From Callorhinchus milii (taxonomy: Eukaryota): a stretch of 64,000 nucleotides of DNA. A model generated the notes under the pieces. That model was not told the DNA's origin, did not search any database, and saw nothing but the letters and a program-made list of their open reading frames with translations. The translations under genes and the position numbers were made by a program. Shown one piece after another: positions 47,951 through 61,755 of the stretch (position 1 is the first letter of the stretch; the number at the start of each line of letters is the position of its first letter). Where the stretch lies: positions 3,286,001-3,350,000 of the forward strand of contig NW_024704770.1 in assembly GCF_018977255.1 (NCBI RefSeq), in the 5' to 3' direction.

Positions 47951-50900
47951 TGTCATCAGACAGAGGGGAGCAATGTAAAGTGATGAGAGGGAGCGGTGTA
48001 ATCCTTAAATAAATGCAAAAAGAACTGCAGCATCTGAGTCACTCTAGTTCAAACTGTTACTGCAATCAGGCCAGCCAACACGATTCTTTAAGATGTGAGC
48101 AATCTGTCAGATACAGTACGTGGCCTCAGCTCCCGCAGTCTGACCAGCAGGTGAAAGAATTATTCCATCATGGATCAGAACCTCAGTGTCTGTTTCGCCA
48201 CAAAAGGAAAGCGCAAAAATATAGCTTACGTGGGGTTCAGCCGTTAGCCCTTCAAGCCCTGCATTTCATTAAGAATATATTTTCTCCTGATTTTTAAATC
48301 TGGGTTTACGGCTCAACCTACACCTCACGCCACCACCAACAGACTAACAGCATTTATATAGCGCCCTTCACATGGGTAGCAACTCGGAGCACTTAACAGT
48401 AGTCTGGTTTGACCCAAGCTGGAAAGAGAGGGGAGGTGAACGAAGATTCGGTCAAATAAGAAAGTCCTCTGGTGTGATTTTGAGATGGGCAAAGAGGGGA
48501 AGCAACTCAATTGCAGCAGTTTCCATATCGAGAAGCTGTTGAAAGCAGGACTCTGGGAATTGTACACATATCTGATATCGCATTACAGAAACTGTAGGAG
48601 TCACAAGGAATGTCCAAGCACTAGAATAATAATCCTGGCATTCAATATAGCCACACAAACAGCCTTGAAGTCAATGAAATTTGTCATCAGGAGAAACTCC
48701 CTTCTCTTTTCTAATAGTATCATGGGATTTAAGGGTAATGTCTCGTCCAAAGTAACACACCTCCAAGCCAGTCCTTCCCCCATCAAATACAATTGGCTGC
48801 CGCGTTTCCCCACAAAATATGCAGTCAATTCACTTTACAGTGTATCCTGTGAAGCGCTTTGAGACGTCTCGAAGACGTGATAAGGCTCTGTATCAAATGC
48901 CAGGATTATTATTATTATTGTTATTGCTGTACAGGAGCATCAGCCTGGACTATGAGCTTTAGTGTGGGGTTTGAACCCACAACAATCTGACCCAGAAGAG
49001 AGAGTGCAACTCATTGAACCAAGCTGACGTTTTGAAAAGAATTGCAAACAGTTTCATTTTTTTTTACTTAAGGAACTAATTGCGTCGACTCAGTGAAGGA
49101 TTGAAAAGCATCTCTCTAAAGTCTAGAGCATGTGGCACTTATTACTGCGAAGAAATGATGCAGAAAGCGAAGGTGTGCTAATTAGTCTGACAGGTGTGTG
49201 ATCTACCAACAAAACTATCAATTACAGAAAATTACAGTATTTTCAGATCTTGATTAACGCCTCCTGCCTAATCCCATTACAGCTTTTCACTGTCATTCAA
49301 AGCACTACACTCTTCAGGAGATGTGACAGTTGTTGGGGTTTGCAGTTTTTAATGTGTGTGTGGGCGTGTGAAGTCAACTCATGTTGTACGTATGCATGCA
49401 CATGGGTATGCGTATAATCTGTGACTGGACACATCCAACTGTCACCAATTCCCTACTTGTTAGCAACACGTTAAACACCAATCGCAACATCAACAACAAC
49501 AAATTGCATTTATATAGCGCCTTCCACATCGGGAGGACGTCCCAAGGCGCTAGAGTTAAACAAATCCTGTGCCTTGCTCTCTATCTCTCAGTTTAAGATC
49601 GATAGTTCGAGATTGTCTCGTTGATAGTACTGTGGGTACTTTGCAAGGTTTTTGAGAAGGTCAGTTTTGCGTGAGATTTCAGAAAATTGCTCTTACTACT
49701 GATTCATATAAGTGGGATTTTCTGCACTATTACTATAATGCGGCACACTGCTGAGATAAAAGTTATTTTAAAAAGCATTGATTTCACTACATACAAGTTG
49801 GTAGCCTCCTGCAAAGTACAGCAATGGAGCCGATAGCTTCTCTCTGACAAGTGGCAATGTTCCTCTACTCAAGCTTCTCTTCGTTGTGTAGGAGAACGAG
49901 TCGATATTTGAGAGTTTTCTGTGCACAAATCGGCTACAACCTGAGGCCTGGCAATGCTTTCTGAATGATTAGAAATGGGAACTATTGTACAAAATACTTT
50001 TTCCCCTGAAGGAGGGGCATAAAAGTAACTTAAATATCAGATTCAGCAGCCTGTGCTGAAGTTAACTGAAAGGCTTGAAGGTAATGGTTTTGATAAAGAG
50101 CCTGAAACCTCAAAAAACATCTCTAAACCCTTCAGAGGTCATTGCTGTCAAATGTAGTGACTGCGTACTTGTCGGCAAATGGAGCAGCCAATTTGTCCGC
50201 AGCGGATCCCACAAATAGACATAAGATGAATTTGGAGGATAGGTGTCCAGTAGAAGGGAGAAACTCCCTTCATTTTTTGGAATAGTGTTGTGTGATTTTT
50301 TAAGTACAAATACATAATAGTAACCCTTGTATTTGATATAGCGCCTTATCACATCTTCAAGACGTCTCAAAGCGCTTCACAGAATATACTGTAAAGTGAA
50401 TTGACTGTATATTTTGTGGACAGACAATAGACCTCAACTACAATTTTACCAGTAACAGATAACAGAGAGCCAGAATGTGAGCCATGGTGTCAAATGATAG
50501 AAATTAATGCAATCAACAAGCCACTTACACCACATATTGGTGATGTCTAAGATGTTCTGGCTTTCTGTATGTGCCAACTGTCAGGAAAGTCCAGAACAAA
50601 TTCATATGTATCTGTGTGATCAAAACATCAGTTGTACATTCTTGGCTGAAATATGGAATTGTTATATTTAATCTAGAGACATAGGAACATCATACGCTAT
50701 GTAGTTAGGCCTAATGTACATTACATCAAAGGAGTGATGTTAGCACAGGATTACTGGTAAGTGATTTGTCCTACTTTCATGTTACTATATTTACACCTAG
50801 TCCATCATAGACACGTTCTTCAAAATTGCTCTCATCTTTCTTCTAAACAACTTTTATTTCCGCTTGCGTTTAATAGTGTACTTATAGCTAAAGAGAGTCA

Positions 50901-51469
50901 ATGGATGACAATTGATGCATCAGCCCAGCATAGGTCAATAAGTCCTGTGCATGAATTCAGAAAGGAGAGGGTTTCCTTTATCTCTTTCATCCTCTCCTAC
51001 TCCACTCTTTTTTATTCACTGCATGTCAATATTTTGGGCCGTGAAGTTGTAGACTACTGCCATAGAACAAATTAAAAAGGATCGTGGTGCAGAATACTAA
51101 GTGACTTGGTTCTCACAACAGGGACTGATGTATTTCAGTTGATGCCAACTGCTGCAGTCCTCAATACAGGCTATAAATCGTGAGGCCATACCAAGTCACT
51201 CTCAATTATTAATTCACCACAAACCAACTTTGCATGTGTGAAAAAAAATCAATGACAACAGCTTTGCAAACTCAACAAGATTTTACTCAATGACTTGGTG
51301 CTAAAAAGGCAGGCATATCAGTGCATAAAGATTCTCTTACATTGATTATTACCCATGACGGACCATAGCTTCCATCAAATTCCAAGCAAACCTGTACAAA
51401 ACAACTATCACAGCCTGATCCACAACCTTTAACCCACCCAAGAACAGTGAAAAATTCCTTTTGGCTCAG

Positions 51470-51701
51470 GGGATATTAGAAGGTTATCATCACACGGAAG
51501 GTTATCAGAATACGGAATGCTTTTCCACTCGTGACCTTGGAAACCAAGACTGTCAACGTTTAAAAGCAAATTGGATAAACATTTGAAGAAGAACATGAAA
51601 GGGTATGGGGAGAGGACAAGTGATTGGAATAGTTAGCTCCATTGAAGTAGCTGGCACCAGTATAGGTTCAATAAACCTCCTTCTGTTCTGTAATTTCTAT
51701 G
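51470..51701 (+). mobile_element. Degraded CR1 3' fragment
   Basis: tttaaaagcaaattggataaacatttgaag...cctccttctgttctgtaatttctatg. Confidence 0.6.
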
Positions 51702-53159
51702 GATCTAAGTTAAATCGGCTAACATGGTAGTAACGCCCCACAAATAGCAATGAGATGGCGAACCAAATACTACCAAGGGATCTTTAAAGTCCCCCCTGTA
51801 TCAAGAAACTGACGTTAGTTCAAAATCTCATCTGAAGAACAGCATCACTGATAATAAATGAGTGACTCAGGCTGTGCTGGTGTCAGCCTGAGTTATGAGC
51901 TGAACTACTGCTGGAGGCTTTCATCTCTACATTTGTCTGACCAAAAGGTGAGAGTGTACCCAAATAAGCCAGAATCACATCAAGAACTGAGTAACACACA
52001 CAAGTGCACAAACACCCACCCACACAACTCCCACCCCCCCAAACACACACACAAACATGCATACTGCAGTAATGCAAACACCACATGCCCTCTCCCTCAC
52101 ATGCTGAATCAGCACATGTAAAAGCCTGCCAGAATCAGACACCCTGTGAAGCTGTGAATCTAACACCCACAAGCGTTTCTAAAAGCACTAAAGACCAGAT
52201 TAAGCCAAAGAAATGCAATCTATCACGTAAGCACTATATTGAAATAAATTGCACCTTCTAATAATACAGCAGGACATTTAGAGAGCGACTGTAGTGAGTG
52301 CAGTGGAGCAGCACAGGGATAGGGCAGATGACCCAGTGAGGAGTAGCTAAGAGCAGAACATTAAAGTGGAATTCCTGTAAAAGTGAGAACGTGATGTAGT
52401 GCAAATTCGAACGAGTGTTCAGCACAATTCATCGCCCAATAGATTCCTTTTCTTCCCTCTTCCTTGGAAGGCACTAACCCCTACAGATATAAGGACACAG
52501 ATCCAAAACAAGGGGCACAGCAGCGTCCCACAAACAGTCGTGTTTGTAAGCCAAACTGTTACAAGTGAGATCTAATGGAAATGTGGAACGCACAACCAAC
52601 CCTAGAAAACTATAGAAGCAGAATCTTTTGGCATATTGGAAGAGAGATAGTTACTTGGAAAGTAAAGGTATCTAGTTGGTGTAGGGAAAAGGTGCAGAAA
52701 AGAGTTCAAAAAATCTTACCGCGATCTAATAAACTGGTGAAATAGCCTCGGTGGTGTCGGCCTCTCCTGCTCTTGTCAGATAAAATCTACATCCTACCCT
52801 CCCTGATTATCTCCACACATGAGCTTTCCATCAAGGGGTCAGCGGACAGTGATCAGGAGCGGGTGGGAACCATGTCTGATATTTCCCCTCCCTGGTGCAC
52901 AAGCACGGACATCAACTCTACCCTGAGATCAATCATTACCTAACACAGCGCAGGATTTGGAAAGTGAGACCTTAATAATAATAATCCTTGCATTTGATAC
53001 ATCACCTTATCACGTTTTCAAGACGTCTCAAAGTGCTTCACAGAATATGAATTCATATGAATATGAACTCACTGTAAAGTGAGTTGACTGTGTATTTTGT
53101 GGGCGAAACGTATGTGTATGACTCAATTTCACTCAGGGAACAGCCCAAGAACCAAGGCT

Positions 53160-53388
53160 TACGCTAATCACGGCTTCCATTACCCTTGGCTCATGCTAAT
53201 ATTAATCACAGCTCACACTCACTGCGCCTCACTCTAACCACACGGCTCACGCTAACCGCGCCTCGCATGCATTAACCATGGCTCTTGCCACTCACGGCTC
53301 ACACAAACCGCAACTCACTCTCACATTAACCACAGCTCATGCTAACCGTGGGTCATACTAACCACAGCTCATGCTAACCGTGGGTCAA
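53160..53388. repeat. Degenerate ~16-18 bp tandem repeat (ctcatgctaaccacag)
   Basis: Includes a near-exact duplication taaccacagctcatgctaaccgtgggtca. Confidence 0.75.
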
Positions 53389-54789
53389 ATGACCTCTTGC
53401 TCACGATTAAAGCAGGTGACGGCCAGCATGTAAATACAGTAAATTACTTCATTTTTGTTGTCTTACCTCTTACTCTTCATACGCACAAACACACACACAC
53501 AACAAAAAATACAGACCGCATGTTATTCCCCAAGCAGGAGAGAGAGAGCCATTCCAGTCAACCTGCTTCCAGCCTAAAGAATACTGCCCTGTCACTAGCT
53601 ACCAGCAGGTGCATTAGAACAAGCAAACCCCTCCCTCCGTATGGGCCAACTCCCCACCCTGATGGGCTGCCTATGACCGGAAACTCACTGGTTCTGGCAT
53701 TGTGCAATAGCTGATGGATTTTTACCTTCAAAACATTTATTTTGTTAAAATGACTTAATCTGCTGTCCACAGAATTAACCCCAATTTACATTGAATTTGA
53801 GGACCTGGATTGTGAATTCCCAGGAATCTGACATGCGGAAAGCAACGGACAGGGCGAGCTAAAGCCAGGATACAACTAGGAGAGCGCAGCACGATCACAC
53901 AAGACAAACAGTCTTGTATCAGAGCCACAGACTGCTTCGTATGCAAGCCTGCTTGCCTATTCCCTCGGATGAAACTGCAACATGACTTTTAAACACCTAT
54001 CTGGTGGCTGCAGCAAAAACGAGCAGTGTACAGTAACCTTCAGTGAGGTTTCAAACCACAGAAACACCAGATTGCTGGTGTGTCAAACAACACCGGCTAC
54101 CTCATGACGTAATTTAAAAACAATTATAAGACTAGCATAATCATCATCATTTCAGATTAAAATCTAATTATACTCTCCAGCAGCTGAAATTTAAGATCTG
54201 AAAGCACAAGCATCTATCTAGCTGTGGATAAAAATGAGGCTCACCTTCGTAGAGATGAGCAAGGATAGGTCAGTCAGCTACAATAGAAGATTATATTAAG
54301 AAAGAGATTGTTCCAAAAAGCACCAGCTCCCATAAGGACCACCCCACTCACAGAGGCTTCTCTTTGTTTACCAACGTGCCCAGCCTGATGATGTGACAGC
54401 CCAGTTAATCACAGTGCTGAGAGAGAGTGAGAGAAGACAGGATGAGAGAGGAATGACTGCAGATCCAGCAGGGCTTGTGGAAACCGAATAAAAGATGAGT
54501 GCTGGAAGACAGCTAATGGGAGGGGGGAGGGCATTATCACACTGTGTGGACAGACTGCAATCACAGTACAGTACCTGATGTATACACTGACCCACAGTAA
54601 CTGATAGCCTAAAATACAAATAATACAGTTGAGGGCTTGATGCTGACACAAACAAGAAACCTGATCATAACACACGAAGACACTACCCTGTGTGAAGGGC
54701 GCTATATAAATGCAAGTTGTTGTTAATACAATTTATGTGGGTGTAAGTAGGATAATTAATTAATGGGGGGGGGGGTGGGGGGGGAAATG

Positions 54790-55220
54790 CCTCACGGCGG
54801 CTCAGTGAGCAATGTCACATCCTGATACACAGTGCAGAGGTGAAGACCTGGACTATCCTGGATTCCACCCTGAATCCATGCAGAATAAGCCGATCTCACC
54901 AAGGAATTGGGGGAGGGGAGGGAGGTGACATATTAAAAGTTCTACACATGACCTCAGTCAGTGTTCTGGAGGAGAAAGGGAAAGAGGTTCTTGATAATAA
55001 TCTAGAGACCACCTCTCCCCCCTCCCCACTGGAATGTACACGTGCAGTCAACAGGTGAGGACACGATCAGATGCAACGGGGTCACCTCCCACGGATGAAT
55101 AGTGGCAGCACTCATGGTCTTGAAGAATGATTCCTTGGGCGAGGTACCAGAAGGCAAGTGGCGTTTATCAAACCATACACACCAGGTGGCATCACTTTCA
55201 AGAGAGGAAACTGGAGAAGA
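54790..55220 (+). mobile_element. Ancient tRNA-SINE remnant (AmnSINE2-like)
   Basis: ggctcagtgag head; aggtgaggacacgatc...gaatagtggcagcactca...gaagaatgattccttgggcgaggtaccagaagg...ttcaagagagg recalls the AmnSINE2-type consensus. A reverse copy lies at about 52790-52970. Family name is from memory. Confidence 0.55.
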
Positions 55221-58200
55221 ATCTTCCCAATAAAGGTCATCCTACGTATAAGTGTTTTTACCAGTAATACAACAATCTGCATCATCCAAATTGATTTAAG
55301 TGTGTGCCAAAGGGGAGATGCAAAAGCAGTTGAACTTGAGAATCAACCCCATCTGGTGGTGCTTAATGAACACTATCAACCAATGAAAGAAAGAGTAAAT
55401 GGACCCCATTAAACTGGGTGATAATCCTAGCCAAGGTAATAATAATAATAATAATCCTTGCATTTGATATAACGCTTTTCACGTCTTCTAGACGTCTCAA
55501 AGCGCTTCACAGAATAGACTGTAAAGTGAATTAACTGTATATTTGTGGGTGAAAAGGTAGCTGGTATAGACAAGATAGCTGGGTCGTATCCTACTCAAGG
55601 TACAGCTCCACCGTCAGTACCTATTGAACAACTCATCCAGTTGTGTAAGTAACGTCACTAAGGACACTGATTTCCATTCAATCCTCTATCAGAAATAACA
55701 ATCTGTTAGAGAGCTCGGGACAAACTCTAAACCAATGTGCCTTCAGGCACTTTACACCCTGCGTTACTCTTTACTATGCACCTGCTGTGTGTTTTAGTCC
55801 AGGCTGACGCTTCAGTGCAGGACTTTATGGTTGTTTGGGGGACTTCGCTGTGTCAAAATGGCTGCGACGTTTGACGACAGATACACAGTCACTACACTTG
55901 GCAATAATTCCCAGTGAGACATTTCAACATAATAATCGCTAAATCAAACACACAAGGTTACTGTTTGCAAGTCAATGCGTTTTACATCTACGTGAATTAG
56001 ATGCACAAAACACCATTTACGTGCACATACTGATCGGGATTGAAACATTTTATAATCTAATTCTGAGACAAAATAGATAAAGCAACCACTGTAGTACTTA
56101 ATTTCATCACTGGAGGCTACAACAACAGTGAATAAATACTGTGCTGCCCTCTCGAGGAAGAAATAAGACAAAGCACTTGTGGAAAGCTGAAGACATTATC
56201 ACCTCAGAGTGATCTTTATCACAACGTTGCTTATATCTTACTTTTGCCCCCAAATTTTACCCCCCGATTGCACCGATAACATCAAAACTTCTCATTTTGG
56301 TCAACACACTTCTCAGTGATTACTGTTTTGCAGCAGACATTTTGCACGCAGCAAAGTCCCACAAAAACACCATGAAATGACAGACGTTTTTTGTAATACA
56401 GTAATATAATCTTTACTTTTCATATAAGTTTCTATAAGGTTAAAATTTCCCAAAAAGCAGGATAGTTTTTGATCGTGCTTATGGCCACCTCCCACCTCCT
56501 TCTCCCCCTGGCTCGTTGTCAGATTCTGTCAAGCGCTCTAGGACGCTTCCCCGCGTGAAAGGCGCTGTATAAATGCAAGTTGTTATTGTTGTTGATAGGG
56601 GATTCCTGTTGAGTGGTGACTGTGTATTTGTATCCACAATCTTCAGAGGCGAGAGAGCTACTAACGGAGCCAAAGCAAGTAAACTACCTTATATAACATA
56701 TCCATAAACCATCACCACCCTAGTTTAGGAATCTATTACTTCAACTAGAGCCAAAACGCCAACTGTAACAGCTGTCACCCATCGTGCTTAAAGGCTGAAC
56801 AAGCTGACCTGAAAATTAGCAGCTCAAAAGCAAGTAAGCCCCGACATTTCCAAAGTTCACTTCCTTTATCCTTTTCCCACCTGATAAACATAGTTAGAAA
56901 TCCGAGGCCTTTGCCTCTTTATCCTGCAGGGAAAGCATTGTCTCTTTCCATGTGCCAACTAATAATTCACAAATGAATTTCCATAAACCTCTCAAGCACA
57001 CAAGTATCTCACCTCCACCCCCTCCAGTCAAAAGCTGCAAGAAGGATGTTTTATTAAAACGAAAATGCAGCACAACATGAAGCATTTGGAAAGCTACACA
57101 AATAATGTATGGTATTGGAGCGAGAGGAGAGCATCATTGATCTGCATTGTGGAACCCACTGGTTAGTACAGTCCTAGAAATTCAATCACCCAAAATTACT
57201 GTTGGTTATAATATAGTGGTTTGGGTCCTTAAAATCATACCCCGTAATACATGTAATCCAGTACTCCACCTGGAAGTGTACTCCAGTATACATGAAATAG
57301 GACACAATCTCAAAAGGAAAAAGTCACAAAAATATTCACACCAAGGCTTGAGAAAAATAGAATCTTTCTGTGTGCAATAGCTAAGATTGTTTTTGCATAT
57401 ATATTATGGTTACCTGTCCTCAAGGGAAATTCATCAGGTCTGCGTTATGAAACTTTATCACAATTGAGACTATTGTAGCAAAGATCAATATAACTGTGAT
57501 TTGAGTAGGATTCAATTCAGGTTAAGAAACCACTCTTTGTATAGCTTGAATAGAAATGTTATTCCTATGTGGGAAAGGTAATATTTCCATTATAGGAACA
57601 AGCTGAGCCCTGCCTTAGAAACATTATCCACACGCTGAGCATCACTTGGGCCATTGAATTATTGTGTGTGCATGCTGAGAGTGGGATTGGCAAGGTTTCC
57701 TACAGCTGATCTAATCTAATAAAACTCTTGCACGATACTTTGAAAATGGATAACAGCTAGAGTCACGCGCAAAGTAACAGAGGCATGACACCATGGTAAA
57801 CTGTGTTCCAAAATGTCTGATCAAAAGAAGGTAGCAGGTACTAAAAAAGAATAGTCTGGTGGATCGATGACCAAAGAATCCAACTCAAACCGACAGTGAA
57901 TTCCAAACAGCCATGAAGTGAATGACCAATTTAACTGGACGACATGGGGAAAATCTCCCTTATCCTTCCCAATAGCGGAGCAGAATTCGAACACAAAACG
58001 TTGAACCAAAAATTCAGTTTAATGTCACATCTGATGGACAGCACCTCTGACACCGCAATGCATCTCCCAGCAATGCGCTGGAGTGTCAGGCTAAACTGTG
58101 AGTGAGCTGAAGTCATGACTTTCTACTGAACTCATAAAGGAGTCATTACACATAGTAGACCTCAGGTTCCCATATGGAATTTATGCTCTTACGGTTGCTA

Positions 58201-58409
58201 TTCTACTTTCGGGTTTGGCGCCAGTTTTTTTCTTGCACAGAGCGAATTTCGATGAAGTAGCTGTGCGGTTGGCAAGGTGATGAGATGTCTGCAGACACTG
58301 ACAATCAGCACCAGGGTTCAGGTACTTAACTGATTATGCAGTGTAAACCGTGCATCGCATATATGGGGTTTACCGTGGTATTTAAGCCCCACAAAGTTAG
58401 TAGATGTAA

Positions 58410-58423
58410 GTTGCCATGGTTAC
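58410..58423. promoter_or_regulatory. RFX X-box (GTTGCCATGGTTAC)
   Basis: The reverse complement GTAACCATGGCAAC fits the X-box consensus; unique CpG-containing block. Confidence 0.4.
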
Positions 58424-60066
58424 CACAGGCGCTCACGACTGCTCGGCAACGATGCAAAGTTAAATTGTATTTCAATGTACTGGAGCCTCGTGACTCAGTG
58501 GCATGTCACTGGGGCCACAGAGCCACAATGGAGTGGTTTCAGGGATATGGGATCGAGGTGCCCGGAAGACCAGTGCAGAACTGAGGAAGCACTGTCCTTC
58601 AGATGAGAGTATTAAACTAAAGTCCCTACAAAACACAGTCACTACATGTGACAGCAATTACTGTTAAGACCATTTGAGATTTTTGGCATCATAGGCAGTA
58701 TAAAAAGCCAATATTTCTACTTCCTATGTACACATGTACATCAAGGTTTTTAATTCTGAGAACTGAAGTTTAGATAAACGTGACAAAGCTGGAAGAGTCA
58801 TTGGCTAAAAGACGTATTGGCACATCACCAAGAATGTTTTGTAAGCTTTGAGAAACCTTGGTTAACTTCACACACCTCGGGTTTATAAAGCAACTCCCTG
58901 GAGATTCACCCTTAAGCACCAACCTCAAGAATCTGGTGTGCAATGTCACAGTGATTTTACATGTGGTGCTTGTATTCTGATCATCACAGAGCTCTCATTG
59001 TTCTTGCGTTAAATAATCATAGTTTCATAACTACACTCTACCGCCCCCTCCAAAGATATTATATAAGGAGAGCTGGTTTTCACTTAGGCTGGACAAAAAC
59101 AGGAATTCCGCAGACAATTGAAGCCACAAAGAAAAACCTGTGAAAATGTGAGTAGGTCTCCTAATGTACTTTGAAATATAGAGTCTATCCAATACTAATA
59201 GTATTAGTTCCAATACTTTAAACATTGCAACTACTTTAAATGTGTGCCATTAATTTCCCAAAACTTTTTGTGTGCTGATATGCAGTGTACTTAACAAGAC
59301 TGCAAAACAATCTAACTGACTTACAAATGTTGAGTGCTTACATTTAACATTGGCACTGTTTTTGTCTGCCTTCAGTAGAACTTATGAAGGAACTTTTTTG
59401 TTGTTATGTAATTTGGATTTTTAAAAAAAGCTACAGACCTGGTGAAAAATGGCCTCTTTAACCCTATATTGTATTCTTTTTCAGTTTATATTTTTAAGAG
59501 ATCAAACCTATGTCAGTCTATTCTTTGGGAATCGGTTCAGTTTGATTAATAGTTTGCTGGCAGTATCTAATTTCCAATCTATAATACATGTTATAGATTG
59601 CAATGTGTTAAACGGCCATAAATCTTATTGGCAAGGCTCTCTCTGAGCTCCTGAATTTTTATGTAACTAGCTGTACCTGTTGCAGCTAGGCTTGCATCCA
59701 AATATGGAATGTAGATTAACAACCAGACAGACAGACATTTCATCTTTATCAATACTCATCTGGGAGCACTCCCGTGGGAGGATTTTGTTCTTCAGTTTCA
59801 TTTAATAGGCCTTCTCTTTTTGCCTAGTATTTTTACTTATCCTTGAAAGGTTTGATTTTCACTTAGGAATCTTTAAAATGATAAATACAAATGTATAATT
59901 TATAATAATCACTGGGACGTCCTCCCGATGTAAAATGCGCTTTAAAATTTTAATTTGTTGTTGTTGCTGCAGTTTAGCTTCGTCTGTGTTCTTTATTTTG
60001 TTCCCGCCGCTTGGCTCCGTGGGTGCTCTGTGGTGCAGGATGCCACAGCGACACGGTCAGCCGATG

Positions 60067-60085
60067 TGGCCACCAGGTGTCACTG
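60067..60085 (+). promoter_or_regulatory. CTCF-like motif (TGGCCACCAGGTGTCACTG)
   Basis: Close to the CCASYAGRKGGCRS core (one mismatch), inside a GC-rich unique segment at 59970-60180. Confidence 0.4.
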
Positions 60086-61755
60086 CAGTGTGCGCGTACA
60101 TAGGTATGTGCTCTGTGACACACGATGCCACAGAGCCACTCTGACTCGGCGGTTACCAGGTGTAACTCCAGCGAAAAACACAAAAGTGATATAACTCATA
60201 AACGATAGGAGATACCTGAAAAAAAACATACCCATGTCATTCCCAGATGCAAGCCCTTTCCAGTGAGGTATAAATCATGTCTCTACGTCAATCAGTTATT
60301 GAGATCCTTCTTGAAGCGCACAGACATTGTTGTTTTATTAGTATAGAAGATAGAAGATATATCACCCAAATGTCTAAATGCACTTCACAGGTAATGTATA
60401 GTAACTATGTATTTTGAGACATCCGCAGCATCAATTTTGACCACAGGAAGGTCCCACAAACAGCCATGAAGTTGATATTATTAATTTCACCTGCAGAACT
60501 GTTGGTAAGGACACTGAGAGAAACTCTCTGTTTGAATAACGTTCCACATAGGCAGACTGGACTTGGTTTAATGTCTCATCCAAAGGGCAACAATGCAGCG
60601 ATCCTGTTTAACACTGATTAATTGCCCACAGGCTATCTAGACAGTCACATTTACCTGCATCAGGGCTCCAGTGCCAAGTGAAGTCAGGAAGCGATACTAG
60701 CAAATCGTTTTACTTGTCCATATGGACATAATGTTATCAGAAATGTGATAGCACAAAGCGGAAAGATCTGATCCAAGCAAGCATAGGATTATAGAATGAG
60801 AGTTAGAGAGGCAAGGAGAAAACGAGAGTGAGAGAAACCAACGCACTCATCCGCACTGTTTTCAAACCCACACTGGGACTGGTCCCAAGTTGTGCAGATA
60901 TCGGGCTCTCGTGTGAAAAACAGAAGCATAAAGCGAAGCTGTTCTCAATGATCGTCATTATCAAGCATGATAAAACAATCTGTACGTGGTGCAGAAGGTA
61001 CTGTGCTTAGATAACGAGAGCAACTTCAATGAAGAGTGTGATCGTTCGACATTTCAGTAACAAATGTGACAAAGTGAGTAATTTGGATTTAAAAAATATT
61101 ACAGCTCAAGCAAAGAGGCATGAACCCAGTTCGTATAAAGAAACTGATTTGGGTTTCTCAATTTCCATTCAGCACAAAGGAAATAAAAAATGAAAAGCCT
61201 GACAACAGTGATGCTTCCCAGGAGGCTCTGAAAAACGTTCTGGGAAAAAATATTGATTCATTAGGCAGCGTTTCTGATGAATGCATCGTATCAACTCAGC
61301 TGCTGGAAGACTTTATAACAAGAAGTTGCGTGCGTTAGAGACTGACATTTTCAGCTCGGCTCAGTTGGCAGCAGGCTAAACTTGTGGATTGAAGCCCCAC
61401 ATTGATACTCTGAGCTCACGGTGATACTGAGAGCCTATTAAGCCTGCTCAGGTAGATGTAAAAGATCCTGCGGCATTGCTTGAAAGCAAAGGCCAATAAT
61501 CCTCCGGATGAAAGAAGTCCTTCATTTCCTGGCTGTTTGAGGGACCTTGCTGTGTGCAGGCTGACTGCACCATTTGCCTGCTGATATACATTCACTGCAC
61601 TTGACACTAATTCCTCTTGAAGCACCGATACCTTTTGATATTAGCAGCTACATATTACAAAGATTTTTAGTTTGATTTTCAGTGGGTCGTTCAAAATGTC
61701 AATGAAGCTGTAGACTCCAGGAACACCCAAAAAGCAGGCTCTCTAATCTACTTAC

